This document shows, one piece after another, positions 39,155-48,449 of a stretch of 64,000 bases of DNA. Below the pieces are notes generated by a model. It did not search any database. It was not told the origin of the DNA and saw nothing but the letters and a program-made list of their open reading frames with translations. A program made the position numbers and the translations under genes. This DNA is from Acidimicrobiales bacterium. Its GTDB lineage: Bacteria; Actinomycetota; Acidimicrobiia; Acidimicrobiales; JAUJNH01. How positions within the stretch are numbered: position 1 is the stretch's first letter; every line of letters starts with the position of its first letter. Where the stretch lies: the NCBI GenBank assembly GCA_038255915.1, contig JBBSKY010000006.1:1221-65220 (forward strand), read 5' to 3'.

Positions 39155-40138
39155 ATGGACGACGGCCCCACGGGGGGCGTGGATGACGTAGCGGTCGTCA
39201 TCCCGGTCTACGGGGGTGAGCACACCCTCGAGCCGCTCGTCGCCGAGATCCGGCCCCTCACCGAGGTCACCACGACCGCCGCGGGCCGGCGCTACCGGGT
39301 GGTCGAGATCATCCTCGTCCACGACCGGGGCCCGGACGCCTCGGCCCAGGTGATCGCCAGGCTCTGCAGCGAGCCGCCCGTCCGCGCCGTGTGGCTGGCC
39401 CGCAACTCCGGCCAGCACGCCGCCACCGTCGCCGGCATCGCCAGCTCCTCCGCCCCATGGGTGGTCACCCTGGACGAGGACGGCCAGCACGTGCCGGCCG
39501 ACATCGGGCTCCTCCTCGACCGGGCCCACGCCGCCCAGGTCCACCTCGTGTACGGCCGCCCTGAGGAGGGGGCTCCCCACGCCCTGTGGCGCAACGCCAC
39601 CAGCGACGCGGCGAAGTGGCTGGCCCGCACGGTGGCGGGCTCCGACCTCGACGACTTCACCAGCTTCCGGCTCATCGAGGGGCCGAGGGCCCGGGCCGTG
39701 TGCGCCTACGTGGGCCGCCGCACGTTCCTCGACTCGGCCCTGCGGTGGGGCATCGACCGCAGCGAGGTCCACCGCACCACGTGGCGCCCCGAGAACCGCT
39801 CCCGGTCGGGCTACGACCTGAACCGGCTGCTCTCGCACTTCTGGACCCTGGTGCTGAGCAGCGGGAACCGCCCGCTGCGGATCGTGTCCACCGTCGGCGG
39901 GGTGGTGGCCGCTACCGGCACCCTCGGTGCGGGCGTGGTGGCCTGGCGCCGGCTGCAGCCCGACTGGGACGACGCCCCGGGCTGGGCGTCGGTGATGGTC
40001 GTCCAGCTCGTCTTGGGCGGCGGCGTCCTGGCCACCCTCGGGGTCCTGGCCGAGTACGTCGGGGCGCTCCTGCGCATCGCCCAGGGCCAGCCGCTCTACA
40101 TCACCGTCGACGCGCCGGAGCCAGCTCCGCCCGCGTGA
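39155..40138 (+). CDS. GT2 polyprenyl-phosphate glycosyltransferase (GtrB/ArnC/DPM1-like) with two C-terminal TM helices
   Basis: 327 aa. VAVVIPVYGGEHTL, ILVHDRGPD, NSGQHAATVAGI and VVTLDEDGQH. C-terminal hydrophobic hairpin. Confidence 0.85.
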   Translation: MDDGPTGGVDDVAVVIPVYGGEHTLEPLVAEIRPLTEVTTTAAGRRYRVVEIILVHDRGPDASAQVIARLCSEPPVRAVWLARNSGQHAATVAGIASSSAPWVVTLDEDGQHVPADIGLLLDRAHAAQVHLVYGRPEEGAPHALWRNATSDAAKWLARTVAGSDLDDFTSFRLIEGPRARAVCAYVGRRTFLDSALRWGIDRSEVHRTTWRPENRSRSGYDLNRLLSHFWTLVLSSGNRPLRIVSTVGGVVAATGTLGAGVVAWRRLQPDWDDAPGWASVMVVQLVLGGGVLATLGVLAEYVGALLRIAQGQPLYITVDAPEPAPPA

Positions 40139-41085
40139 CCGCTCCCCCGGTTCGGACCCTGCTTATCGGAGCCGGCCAGGTGGGGCAGGCCGTGGCGGCC
40201 GCCCTCGCCGAGCCGCCGGCCACCGTGCAGGTGCCGTGGGAGGAGCCGGCCTCGGCCCGGGAGGTGATCGGCGGTGCGGTCCAGCGGTTCCTCCACGACG
40301 CCGAGGACCGGCGCTGGGCGCTGTGCTGGTCGGCAGGCAAGGGGGTCGTCGGCACGCCGGGGGCGGCCCTCGAGCTGGAGCGCAGCTACCTGGCCGCGGC
40401 GCTGGCGGCCGTGGCCGCGGCGCCGGCGGACGTCCGCTCGAACGGCCAGCTGTGCCTGGCCAGCTCGGCCGGCGGCATCCACGCCCGAGAAGGCTCCGGC
40501 GCCGTGACCGAGGCCTCCGAGCCGACGCCGGTGTCGCAGTACGGCCATCACAAGCTGTGCCAGGAGCACGACGTCCGGCGGTTCGCGGCCGCATCAGGGC
40601 TCCCCTGCCTGCTCGGTCGCATCTCGAACGTTTACGGCCCCGGCCAGGACCTGCGGAAGTCCCAGGGCTTCGTCTCGGTCCTGTGCCGAGCCATGCTGCG
40701 ACGCGACGGCTTCGTGCTCACCGTGCCGCCGGACACCATCAGGGACTTCGTCTACGGCGCCGACGTCGGCCGCCGGATGGCGGCCTGGCTGGAGGCCGAC
40801 CACCGCGACCTCGCCGGTGCAGCCGCCGTGAAGCTGCTGGTGTCGGGGCGCTCGACGACGCTGCACGAGGTGATCGCCGTCGTCCGGTCGGTGGCCCGGG
40901 TCCCGGCCCGGATCACCGTGTCGGCCCTCCCCCGCCCCGGCCACCAGCCTCTGCGCACGGTCTTCCACTCGATGTCCCTGCCCGAGCTCGACCGGGCCGC
41001 ACCCACGACCTGCCTGGCCGAGGGGGTGCACCGCACCTGGCAGCACCTCCTGCACGCCACCGCGGCGGAAGGGACCGGGGGCTGA
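40135..41085 (+). CDS. Extended SDR (NAD-dependent epimerase/dehydratase/reductase family)
   Basis: GTG 40135 (GTGA overlap with the GT2 stop). LLIGAGQVGQAV (GxGxxG) and SQYGHHK (YxxxK). Confidence 0.65.
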   Translation: MTAPPVRTLLIGAGQVGQAVAAALAEPPATVQVPWEEPASAREVIGGAVQRFLHDAEDRRWALCWSAGKGVVGTPGAALELERSYLAAALAAVAAAPADVRSNGQLCLASSAGGIHAREGSGAVTEASEPTPVSQYGHHKLCQEHDVRRFAAASGLPCLLGRISNVYGPGQDLRKSQGFVSVLCRAMLRRDGFVLTVPPDTIRDFVYGADVGRRMAAWLEADHRDLAGAAAVKLLVSGRSTTLHEVIAVVRSVARVPARITVSALPRPGHQPLRTVFHSMSLPELDRAAPTTCLAEGVHRTWQHLLHATAAEGTGG

Positions 41086-41106
41086 GGACCGGGGGCTGAG
41101 GACCGG
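41073..41106. repeat. 14-bp direct tandem repeat, about 2.4 copies, spanning the SDR stop codon
   Basis: gaccgggggctgag at 41073 and 41087, and a partial gaccgg at 41101. Confidence 0.85.
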
Positions 41107-41113
41107 CGCCGGG

Positions 41114-41728
41114 TCAGGTCGGCTTGGTCGCCTGCTGGACGCAGTGGGTGTAGGGGAAGCGGTAGACGTCGGACCAGATCTCCTGGTCGACCGCACCGAA
41201 GGACGCCTCCACCAGCCGGCGGTAGTCGTTCGGGTGGCGGACGAACCGGCCCCGGTCGAGGGCCATCAGGACGCGGGCGACGGCCCGCTGGGAGGGCTCG
41301 AAGCAGGGGTCCATGGTGACCAGGCGACCCCCGGGCTCGAGCAGGTCGCAGGCCGAGGCGAGGCCCCGGCCGGCGGTCTCGTCGTCGAGGTGGTGCAGGA
41401 CGCCCAGGCACACCACGACGTCGACGGGGCCGGTGCCGAGGGCGTCGAGGTCGAACACGTCACCGCAGATGAACCGGGCGTGAGCCGAGCCGTGGTCCGC
41501 CTCGGCCGACCGGATGTAGGAGGGGTTGCTGTCGACCCCGACGTAGTCGACCGTGGGCAGGAACGGGACCAGGCGGCCGTTGCCGCACCCGAAGTCGAGC
41601 ACCCGCAGACCGGGCCGGGGATGGATCACCCGGTCCCGGAGAAGCTCCATCTCCCGGTGGGCGCCGATGGTCCGCCGCGACGCCTCATAGGCGAGGGGCG
41701 ACGCCAGCACCCGCTCCAGCACCCGCAC
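41114..41728 (-). CDS. Class I SAM-dependent methyltransferase
   Basis: 204 aa. RVLDFGCGNGRL (motif I), VDVVVCLGVLHHLDD and LEPGGRLV. Confidence 0.8.
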   Translation of the reverse strand: MRVLERVLASPLAYEASRRTIGAHREMELLRDRVIHPRPGLRVLDFGCGNGRLVPFLPTVDYVGVDSNPSYIRSAEADHGSAHARFICGDVFDLDALGTGPVDVVVCLGVLHHLDDETAGRGLASACDLLEPGGRLVTMDPCFEPSQRAVARVLMALDRGRFVRHPNDYRRLVEASFGAVDQEIWSDVYRFPYTHCVQQATKPT

Positions 41729-41790
41729 GGAAGGCGATTGTAGGTGGCCCGCTCCGGGGTCGACCGCTGACCCGTCGGTAGGATCGCCCG

Positions 41791-43533
41791 GTGGAAGGGA
41801 ACCGGCGGCGTGGCGCGGCGGGCCTCACCGATCTCGTCCTGGCCGCCGCCATCGCCGTCGCCGGCTTCACCCTCCTACGGCCCGACTGGTTCCACAACCA
41901 GAACGGGCTCGACCCGTTCTTCTACACGGGCATGTCGCTCAACCTGTCCGACGCCATCGACTACGGGGCGGACGCCCACTACTTCCTGTCGAGGTGGACC
42001 CTCTACATCCCCGAGCTCCTGGCCCAGCGGCTGCTTGGCCCGTCGGTCGGCTTCATCGCCACCCGCCTCGTGCTCCTGGCGCTGGCGGGCGCCGGCCTCG
42101 CCCTCCTGCGCCCGGCGACATCGCGCCGCCTCGACCTCCTCCCGGTGGCCGTGGTCGGGCTGTTCTCACCGCTGGTCGTCCGGGCCGTCTTCGTCGACTA
42201 CAGCGATGCGGTCGTCGTCCCCTGCGGCCTGGCCATGCTCGCCTTGGCCGCCAAGGGACGGGTTGGAGGCCGCACGTCGGCGGCCATCGGGGCCCTGGGG
42301 GCCTGCGCCGTGGTCGCCAACACCTTCGCCCTCGTCATGGTCGCCCTCACCATCGGCGGCTACCTGGCCCGCTCGCTCCCGACGCCCCGCCGGCTCCCGA
42401 CGCAGCTGGCGGCCATCCTGGTGGCGGGCACCGCCGTCATCGGCGCCGGCCTGGTGTTCTTCCGGTGGCGCTACGGCATCGCCAACGTCTATGCCCCCGC
42501 CATCGACTTCGTGCGGGACAACGCCGGCAACCGCGACCCGCTCAAGTCGCCCCGCCTGGTGTGGCTGCAGTTCCGCCTGTGGATCTTCCTGCCTCCGCTG
42601 GTGCTCGCCGCCGCCGCCGCCCTGCGGGCGGCCCGGGTGATCCGCCTGGGTCCCGCCGAGCTCGTCGTGCTCGGCGTGGCGGCGGTCCAGTACGCCTTCC
42701 AGGTCACCTACCAACTCGTCCTCGACGGCTCGACGTTGGAGATCAGCTACTACTTCTCGTACATGGTGCCGGCCTACACGGCCGCCCTCGCCGTCGTGCT
42801 GTACGGCCTGCTCCAGCGTTGCTCGAGACTGGCGACCTGGGCGTTGACCGCGGCCGTCGTCACCCTCCTCGCCGCCTGGCGGCACCTGCCCGAGGTCCAC
42901 CTGGCCAGCTGGACGACCTTCGCCGGCGGGGTCGTCGCCATCGGCCTCATCGGCGGCCTGCTGGCCCGCCGGCTGCCCGTCCTGCTCCCCGTCGGGGTGG
43001 TGGCCGTGGTCCTGGCCGCCCAGCTGGCGCCGCCGGCCGACGAACCCAGGCTGCCGGGCGAGCTGCGGGTGGACGCGGGCTACGCCACGGTCTACCGGGG
43101 CGGCACCTCCACCGGGGTCGAGCGGTTCCGGGCCATCCCCGCCTTCCTCAACCAGGTCCACGCCCTCGACCCCCAGGTCCGCAAGGGGGCAGGGTGGATC
43201 GTGGGCCGAGGCACCGGCCAGCAGAAGGCGGCCGTCCTCTCGGTCCAGGTCGGCATGCCGAGCCGCTGGCTCAACCCGCCCGCCGCCCAGCTCGACCCCT
43301 ACCTGCCCGTCAACCCGTCGCGCTTCGCCGCCGACCGCTTCGTCGAGCAGCGCCTCACCCACATCATCGTCGTGTGCCTGCCCGAGGAGCTCCCGGTCGT
43401 CCTCACCCGCCTCGAAGAGCTCGGCTTCACCGTCGGCCCACCCCTTCTCGACGACGTTGACACCCTGGCGAAACCGGCCACCCAGCTCTACGTTGCCCCC
43501 ATGGCCCTGCGTGGCGGCGACGGAGCCGGGTGA
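41791..43533 (+). CDS. Polytopic membrane protein (GT-C-like or polymer-processing; uncharacterised)
   Basis: 580 aa with more than 10 hydrophobic segments, a first loop NQNGLDPFFYTGMSLNLSD, and a soluble C-terminal domain of about 170 aa. Confidence 0.5.
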   Translation: MEGNRRRGAAGLTDLVLAAAIAVAGFTLLRPDWFHNQNGLDPFFYTGMSLNLSDAIDYGADAHYFLSRWTLYIPELLAQRLLGPSVGFIATRLVLLALAGAGLALLRPATSRRLDLLPVAVVGLFSPLVVRAVFVDYSDAVVVPCGLAMLALAAKGRVGGRTSAAIGALGACAVVANTFALVMVALTIGGYLARSLPTPRRLPTQLAAILVAGTAVIGAGLVFFRWRYGIANVYAPAIDFVRDNAGNRDPLKSPRLVWLQFRLWIFLPPLVLAAAAALRAARVIRLGPAELVVLGVAAVQYAFQVTYQLVLDGSTLEISYYFSYMVPAYTAALAVVLYGLLQRCSRLATWALTAAVVTLLAAWRHLPEVHLASWTTFAGGVVAIGLIGGLLARRLPVLLPVGVVAVVLAAQLAPPADEPRLPGELRVDAGYATVYRGGTSTGVERFRAIPAFLNQVHALDPQVRKGAGWIVGRGTGQQKAAVLSVQVGMPSRWLNPPAAQLDPYLPVNPSRFAADRFVEQRLTHIIVVCLPEELPVVLTRLEELGFTVGPPLLDDVDTLAKPATQLYVAPMALRGGDGAG

Positions 43534-43676
43534 TCACGAGATGTGGGCACGAGCGGCTTCAGCTCGTCGAGCCGAGGCGGAGGAAGGTTCTCCCCTTTCC
43601 CCGCGCTCGGGACAATCGCCCCCTTTGCTCGTTTCCCGAAGTCTCCCGCGAGGCTCTTGTCGAGGCCGAAGGGGGA

Positions 43677-43682
43677 TAGAAT
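43677..43682 (+). promoter_or_regulatory. Candidate -10 element upstream of the stand-alone repeat-protein gene
   Basis: TAGAAT within a 200-bp, locally GC-poorer intergenic region. GGGAGA Shine-Dalgarno sequence 6 nt before ATG 43735. No convincing -35 element at proper spacing. Confidence 0.25.
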
Positions 43683-43734
43683 CTGAGCGACCCTGTGCTA
43701 AGAAGGACTCCATCAATCGACGGGAGAATTCTGC

Positions 43735-45093
43735 ATGCCTCACTTCTTGACCAGTGTCCGCAAGCCAAGGTATCTGGCGGCCGCCGCCGGCGTGGCGCTC
43801 CTCCTGACCGCAGTTGGAACCGGGATCCAGCCGAGCGGCGCCGAGGCCTTCTGTGACGCCGACCCCTGCGGCCCGGAGGGCACCTACACCCCGGTGACAC
43901 CGACCCGCCTCCTCGACGGCCGGCTGACCGACCCCCAGATCCGTCTCGGTGTCGACGGAACCACCGACCTGAAGGTCACCGGCGTGGTAGATGAAGATGA
44001 CGTGGAATTGGTTCCTGCGACGGGCGTCTCCGCAGTGGTGCTGAACCTCACCGTCGACCTGCCGACCTTGGACAGCTTCTTCACGATCTCCCCCACCGGC
44101 ACGGCCACCACCACATCGAGCCTGAACTTCGCCGCCGGCGAGACCAGAGCGGCCGCCACCACGGTCAAGGTCGGAACGGACGGCATGGTGACCATCACCA
44201 ACGCCTTCGGTCAGGCCTTCCCCATCGTCGACATCCAGGGCTACTTCTCTGACGGCACCGAGGACGAGGAGCCCGGCAGCTCCTACGTGCCGCTCCCGAC
44301 CCCGAGCCGGGTCGTCGACACCCGGGTCGGCGGCGCCGCGAACAAGTTCGCAGCCGACACGACGAAGAACATCTCCTTGACCGACCCCCCGGTGGAGGGG
44401 GCCACCTCCGTGCCGGCGGGCGCCACCGCCGTCGTCGCCAACCTCACCGTCACCAACACCACCGCTGACGGCTACCTCACCGCCTTCGCCGAGGGGACCG
44501 ACCCGCCACTGGTGTCCAACCTCAACTGGGCCGCCGGCCGGCAGATCCCGAACCTGGCCACCATCCCCCTCAGCACCGACGGCATGATCACGGTCTACAA
44601 CTCGGCCGGAGCCACCGACGTCCTGATCGACGTGACCGGCTACTACGTGCCCGAGGATGACGAGACGGTCGGTGACCGGTTCACCCCGGTTGACCCCGAC
44701 CGCATCGGCGACTCCCGCTCGGCCATCGGAGGTCTCGTCACCTTCACCACCGCCGACCAGGCCCAGAACCTGAAGGTCACCGGCGCGGATGCGGCGCCGG
44801 AAGGCGCGTCCGCCGTCGTGGTGTCCATAACCAGTGACAACGTCACCGCCGAGACCTTCTTCACCGCCTACCCCAAGGGTGGAGCGACGGCGCCCAACGT
44901 GTCGAACCTCAACCCGATCGCCGGCGAGCAGGCCGCCAACCTGGCCATCGTCCGGGTCGGGGACAACGGTGAGATCACCCTGCTGAGCAGGACGCCGACG
45001 GCAAACGTCATCGTCGACCTCTACGGCTACTTCGAGGGTGAACCTCCTGCGGAGGCCATCATCGACATCGCCTTCGATCCTCTGCTGGGTTAG
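43735..45093 (+). CDS. Secreted protein made of a signal peptide plus three divergent copies of the unassigned ~130-aa module
   Basis: 452 aa. Signal peptide AAAAGVALLLTAVGTGIQPSGAEA. Copies begin at YTPVTPTRLLDGR, YVPLPTPSRVVDTR and FTPVDPDRIGDSR. Each contains AVV.N.TV...GY/F.T..P....P..SNLN and ends in D..GY[FY]. Confidence 0.7.
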   Translation: MPHFLTSVRKPRYLAAAAGVALLLTAVGTGIQPSGAEAFCDADPCGPEGTYTPVTPTRLLDGRLTDPQIRLGVDGTTDLKVTGVVDEDDVELVPATGVSAVVLNLTVDLPTLDSFFTISPTGTATTTSSLNFAAGETRAAATTVKVGTDGMVTITNAFGQAFPIVDIQGYFSDGTEDEEPGSSYVPLPTPSRVVDTRVGGAANKFAADTTKNISLTDPPVEGATSVPAGATAVVANLTVTNTTADGYLTAFAEGTDPPLVSNLNWAAGRQIPNLATIPLSTDGMITVYNSAGATDVLIDVTGYYVPEDDETVGDRFTPVDPDRIGDSRSAIGGLVTFTTADQAQNLKVTGADAAPEGASAVVVSITSDNVTAETFFTAYPKGGATAPNVSNLNPIAGEQAANLAIVRVGDNGEITLLSRTPTANVIVDLYGYFEGEPPAEAIIDIAFDPLLG

Positions 45094-45110
45094 CAGCCTT
45101 ACGAGCAGGC

Positions 45111-45143
45111 GAGGAAGGCCCGGCCCTCGGCCGGGCCTTCCTC
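45111..45143. terminator. Perfect 15-bp stem / 3-nt loop hairpin between convergent genes (likely bidirectional intrinsic terminator)
   Basis: gaggaaggcccggcc-ctc-ggccgggccttcctc, located 18 nt after the stop of 43735-45093 and 34 nt before the stop of the minus-strand GT4 gene. No U-tract. Confidence 0.6.
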
Positions 45144-45176
45144 GCTATCGGGGCACGGTGCAACGCGTGGATCGCG

Positions 45177-47516
45177 TCAGCGGCGGGCGGAGCGGAGGCG
45201 GTCGAGGGCGGCTAGGAGGTCGGCTGCGGTGGTGGCGAAGGTGCGGCGGGCGGCCTCGGCCAGCCCGCCCCGGGACAGGGCTTCCCTCCGGGCGGGCTGC
45301 TCCAGCAGGTCGAGGAGGACGGTGGCCAGCTCCTCGCTGCCGCGGCCTGGGTCCAGCTGGAGGACGGTGCCCTCGGCCAGCTCGGCGGCCGCCGCCACGT
45401 TGGTGACACAGGGCACGCCCAGGCCGAGGAGGTCGCCGATGGCCGCCGAGCTCTCGCCGTAGGTGGTGGACCGCAGCTGGACGCCGACGCTGGCCCGGGC
45501 CACCCACGCCCAGTACTCCTCCCGTGACAGCTGGCCGGTGGTGGTGACGTGCCCGGCCACGCCGAAGGCCTCGGCCGCCTCGGCGATGCGGTGGCGCCAG
45601 TCGTCGCCGATCCAGCCGACGAAGGCCAGACGGGCCGGGCGGCGGGTGCGCACCAGGGCCAGCGCCTCGACCAGCACCAGGGGCGACTTCACGGCGTCGA
45701 CGATCCCGAGGGCGACCAGGAGCGGCGGGTCCTCCTCGGGGGCCCGAGGACGCGGGGGTCGGGGCACGGCCAGCGGCAGAACCTCGACCGGGGGCAGCAC
45801 CGAGCCCGGGCGCTGGTCGAGGGCGAGGAGGCGGGCGGCCAGCTGCGAGCTGACGATCACCCCGGTGCTGTCGGCCACGGCCCGCCCGGTCATGCCGATG
45901 CCCCGCTTGGCCAGCTCGTTCGGCAGGGCCCGCAGCTGCGGGGTGGTGTGCAGCTCGGCGGCCGGGTAGAGCTCGGCCAGCTGGTGGGCCAGGTACCCGT
46001 CCGGATCTGCGTGCCGAAGCGATTCGCCCCACGCCGGCCCGGTGAGGCGGACGTCGTGGAACCAGGCCACGCCCGGGTGCCGGCGCAGGGCCTCGAGGGA
46101 GCGAACGTGGTGGACCGAGTTCCCGAGCGTGTACACCAGGTGGTCGAAGGACCAGGGGTTGTACATCGTCTCGATCATCAGCACCGAGGCAACCTCGTAG
46201 CCCACCTCGTCCCTCGGCGCGGTGCCCATGGGGTCGAAGGCCACCACGTCGGCCAGCCGGGCCAGCTCGTCGAGCAGCTGCCCGTTGTAGGTGGCGACAC
46301 CGCTGTCGATGGGCGGGAGCGGGCCGACGACGCCGATGACGGGTCGTGACGGGCGACGGGTCATCGGCGGCGGGTGACCGCTGGTGCGGAGCCCGTCGAG
46401 GGCCGCCACGGCCCGATCGGCGACAGCGGTCCAGGTCAGCCCGGGTGCGCGGGCTGCGGCCCGCTCGGCCAGCTCGTCGCGGAAGGGCCCGTCAGCTAGG
46501 CCTGCGGCCACCACCCGGGCCAGGTCGAGGGCGTCGGTGGCGTCGAAGGTGGACGGAGGCCACCGCAGGATCTCGGGCAGCGACGTGGTGTTCGAGGTGA
46601 CCGCGGGGCAACCGCAGCGGATGGCCTCGGCCACGGGCAGCCCGAACCCCTCGTAGAGGGAGGCGAAGGCGAACAGGCGGGCCGACTGGTAGAGGGCCCG
46701 GAGCACCTCGTCGCTGACGTAGCCGGTCAGCACCACCTCGTCGTCGTCCAGGCCCTCATCCAGGCCCACGGCCACGAGGGCGGCCAGCGACGGCCCGTCC
46801 ATCCGGCAGGCCACGACCAGCTGGTGGGCCCGGCGCAGGTCCTCGGGCAGGCGGGCCCAGCCCCGGACGAGCCCGGACAGGTTCTTGTGCGGCGCCGGCG
46901 CCCCCACCGAGAAGACGAAGGGACGGGTGACGGCGGGGAGGGTGTGGCGGACCAGGGCGGCGGGGAGGGCCGGGTCGCCGGAAGGCCGGAACCAGTCCCC
47001 CGTCCCGGCGCCGATGACAACGACGCGCCCGGGCTCGACGTCGAGGTGGCGCACCGCGTCGTCCCGGGTGTGGTCGGAGATGGTGAGCACCAGGTCGGCC
47101 TGGCGGATGAGGTCGAGGCGCTGGTGGTGGGTGCGGTGGCGCCAGCCCTCGAGGTAGGTGGCGGGGTGGATCGAGGGGATGAGGTCGTAGACGATCGTCG
47201 CCACCGGCCAGCCCCGGCGGGAGATGTGGGGCGGCAGCATCACCGTCGGCCGGGCCCCCTCCATCGGCGACATGACCACGTAGGCAGCGTCGTCGCCGAC
47301 GTCGGCGACCGCGGCCCCGGTGTTCCAGGACAGCAGGGGCGAGGCGAGGAGGTCGGTGGGCAGCGCCGGCGGGAAGGGCAGGCTGGGGTTGAGCAGCAGC
47401 CGCTCCACCCGCCCGGTGGCCACCAGCGCCCTGGCGCACTCGGTGACGTAGCGGGCGATGCCCCGGTCGGGGTGGTGGAGCGACTGGGCGGCCTGCAGGT
47501 CGAGGAGCAGCCGCAT
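45177..47516 (-). CDS. Tandem double-GT4 glycosyltransferase (two GT-B modules; WbdA-like polymerase architecture)
   Basis: ATG 47516 (MRLLLDLQAAQSLHHPDRGIARY). First module ends ...YEGFGLPVAEAIRCGCPAVTS. A second GT-B-like half has TYGESSAAIGDLLGLGVPCVTN. Paralogue of 50907-53285. Confidence 0.8.
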   Translation of the reverse strand: MRLLLDLQAAQSLHHPDRGIARYVTECARALVATGRVERLLLNPSLPFPPALPTDLLASPLLSWNTGAAVADVGDDAAYVVMSPMEGARPTVMLPPHISRRGWPVATIVYDLIPSIHPATYLEGWRHRTHHQRLDLIRQADLVLTISDHTRDDAVRHLDVEPGRVVVIGAGTGDWFRPSGDPALPAALVRHTLPAVTRPFVFSVGAPAPHKNLSGLVRGWARLPEDLRRAHQLVVACRMDGPSLAALVAVGLDEGLDDDEVVLTGYVSDEVLRALYQSARLFAFASLYEGFGLPVAEAIRCGCPAVTSNTTSLPEILRWPPSTFDATDALDLARVVAAGLADGPFRDELAERAAARAPGLTWTAVADRAVAALDGLRTSGHPPPMTRRPSRPVIGVVGPLPPIDSGVATYNGQLLDELARLADVVAFDPMGTAPRDEVGYEVASVLMIETMYNPWSFDHLVYTLGNSVHHVRSLEALRRHPGVAWFHDVRLTGPAWGESLRHADPDGYLAHQLAELYPAAELHTTPQLRALPNELAKRGIGMTGRAVADSTGVIVSSQLAARLLALDQRPGSVLPPVEVLPLAVPRPPRPRAPEEDPPLLVALGIVDAVKSPLVLVEALALVRTRRPARLAFVGWIGDDWRHRIAEAAEAFGVAGHVTTTGQLSREEYWAWVARASVGVQLRSTTYGESSAAIGDLLGLGVPCVTNVAAAAELAEGTVLQLDPGRGSEELATVLLDLLEQPARREALSRGGLAEAARRTFATTAADLLAALDRLRSARR

Positions 47517-47527
47517 GGCGGACGGCT

Positions 47528-48373
47528 TCAGCCCGGGGCCCGGGCCAGCTCGACCAGAACCAGGTGATCGGCGGTCGGTTCGGCCGGCTGTCCCACCATC
47601 CAGCCGCCGTCGACCTTGAACGCGGTAGCCCGGTGGGTGACGGCCCAGCCGGCGTCGGCCAGAGCGGCGAGGCAAGGCTGCAGGCTGATGTCGGCCGTCG
47701 CTCCGACCACAGGTGCGGCGACGACAAGACGCCCGCCGGTCGACAGCCACGCCGCCGCAACCTCGAGCCGTCTCGGATCGTCGGCGGTCAAGGGGCCCCG
47801 GCAGGCGAACACGACGACGGCGGCCGGACCTGCCTCCCCGGCGGCGGCCTCCCCCGCGGCAGACTCCCAGCCCGGTGTCTGGACGCCACGGTCGAGAGGC
47901 GAATCAGCCCCACCCCCGACGAGCGTGGTGGGGTGGCCGGCGCCGGCGGTGAAGACGGCGAGCTCGGCCAGCCCACCGACCAGCACGACCGGGCCCCCGG
48001 GCGTGGCCCGGCCGAGGGCGGCGAGGGCGAAGGGCACCTCGACCGCGGCCCGGCTGCCTGCGAGGTGGCTCGCCGACGGGTCTGGCGAGCCGACCGCGGC
48101 ACCAAGCTCGGCCAGCCGGCGCTCGACCCGCAGGGCGGCGTGCTGGAGGAGGGTGGAGGCCTCGGCGACGGTGGTCATGGCCGGGTCGACGACCTCGTAC
48201 ATGCGGTCGTGGACGCGGTGGGTCTCGCTCTGCAGGCCGTCGATGCGCGCCCCCAGGCTCTCCCGGGTGTGCTGGGCCTCGTTCGTGACATGCCGGAACA
48301 GGGTTTCGAGCTTGGCGTTCAGGGCCGAGGTGACCGGTGCGGTGGCGCGGCGGAGGCTCGCGGCGATGCCCAT
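47528..48373 (-). CDS. Helical N-terminal domain plus a degenerate methyltransferase-like domain (paralogue of 53297-54391)
   Basis: ATG 48373. 281 aa. An N-terminal region of about 95 aa is helical (LETLFRHVTNEAQHTRESLGARIDGLQSETHRVHDRMYE...). The C-terminal Rossmann-like region has VVLVGGLAEL where the paralogue has VLDLGAAES. Confidence 0.5.
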   Translation of the reverse strand: MGIAASLRRATAPVTSALNAKLETLFRHVTNEAQHTRESLGARIDGLQSETHRVHDRMYEVVDPAMTTVAEASTLLQHAALRVERRLAELGAAVGSPDPSASHLAGSRAAVEVPFALAALGRATPGGPVVLVGGLAELAVFTAGAGHPTTLVGGGADSPLDRGVQTPGWESAAGEAAAGEAGPAAVVVFACRGPLTADDPRRLEVAAAWLSTGGRLVVAAPVVGATADISLQPCLAALADAGWAVTHRATAFKVDGGWMVGQPAEPTADHLVLVELARAPG

Positions 48374-48449
48374 GTCGGGGTTGGACCCTACCGCTGCGGT
48401 CGAGGCCGCTAGCCTCCGGCGCCGTGCTGTGGACCTCGAGACCGTCCTG

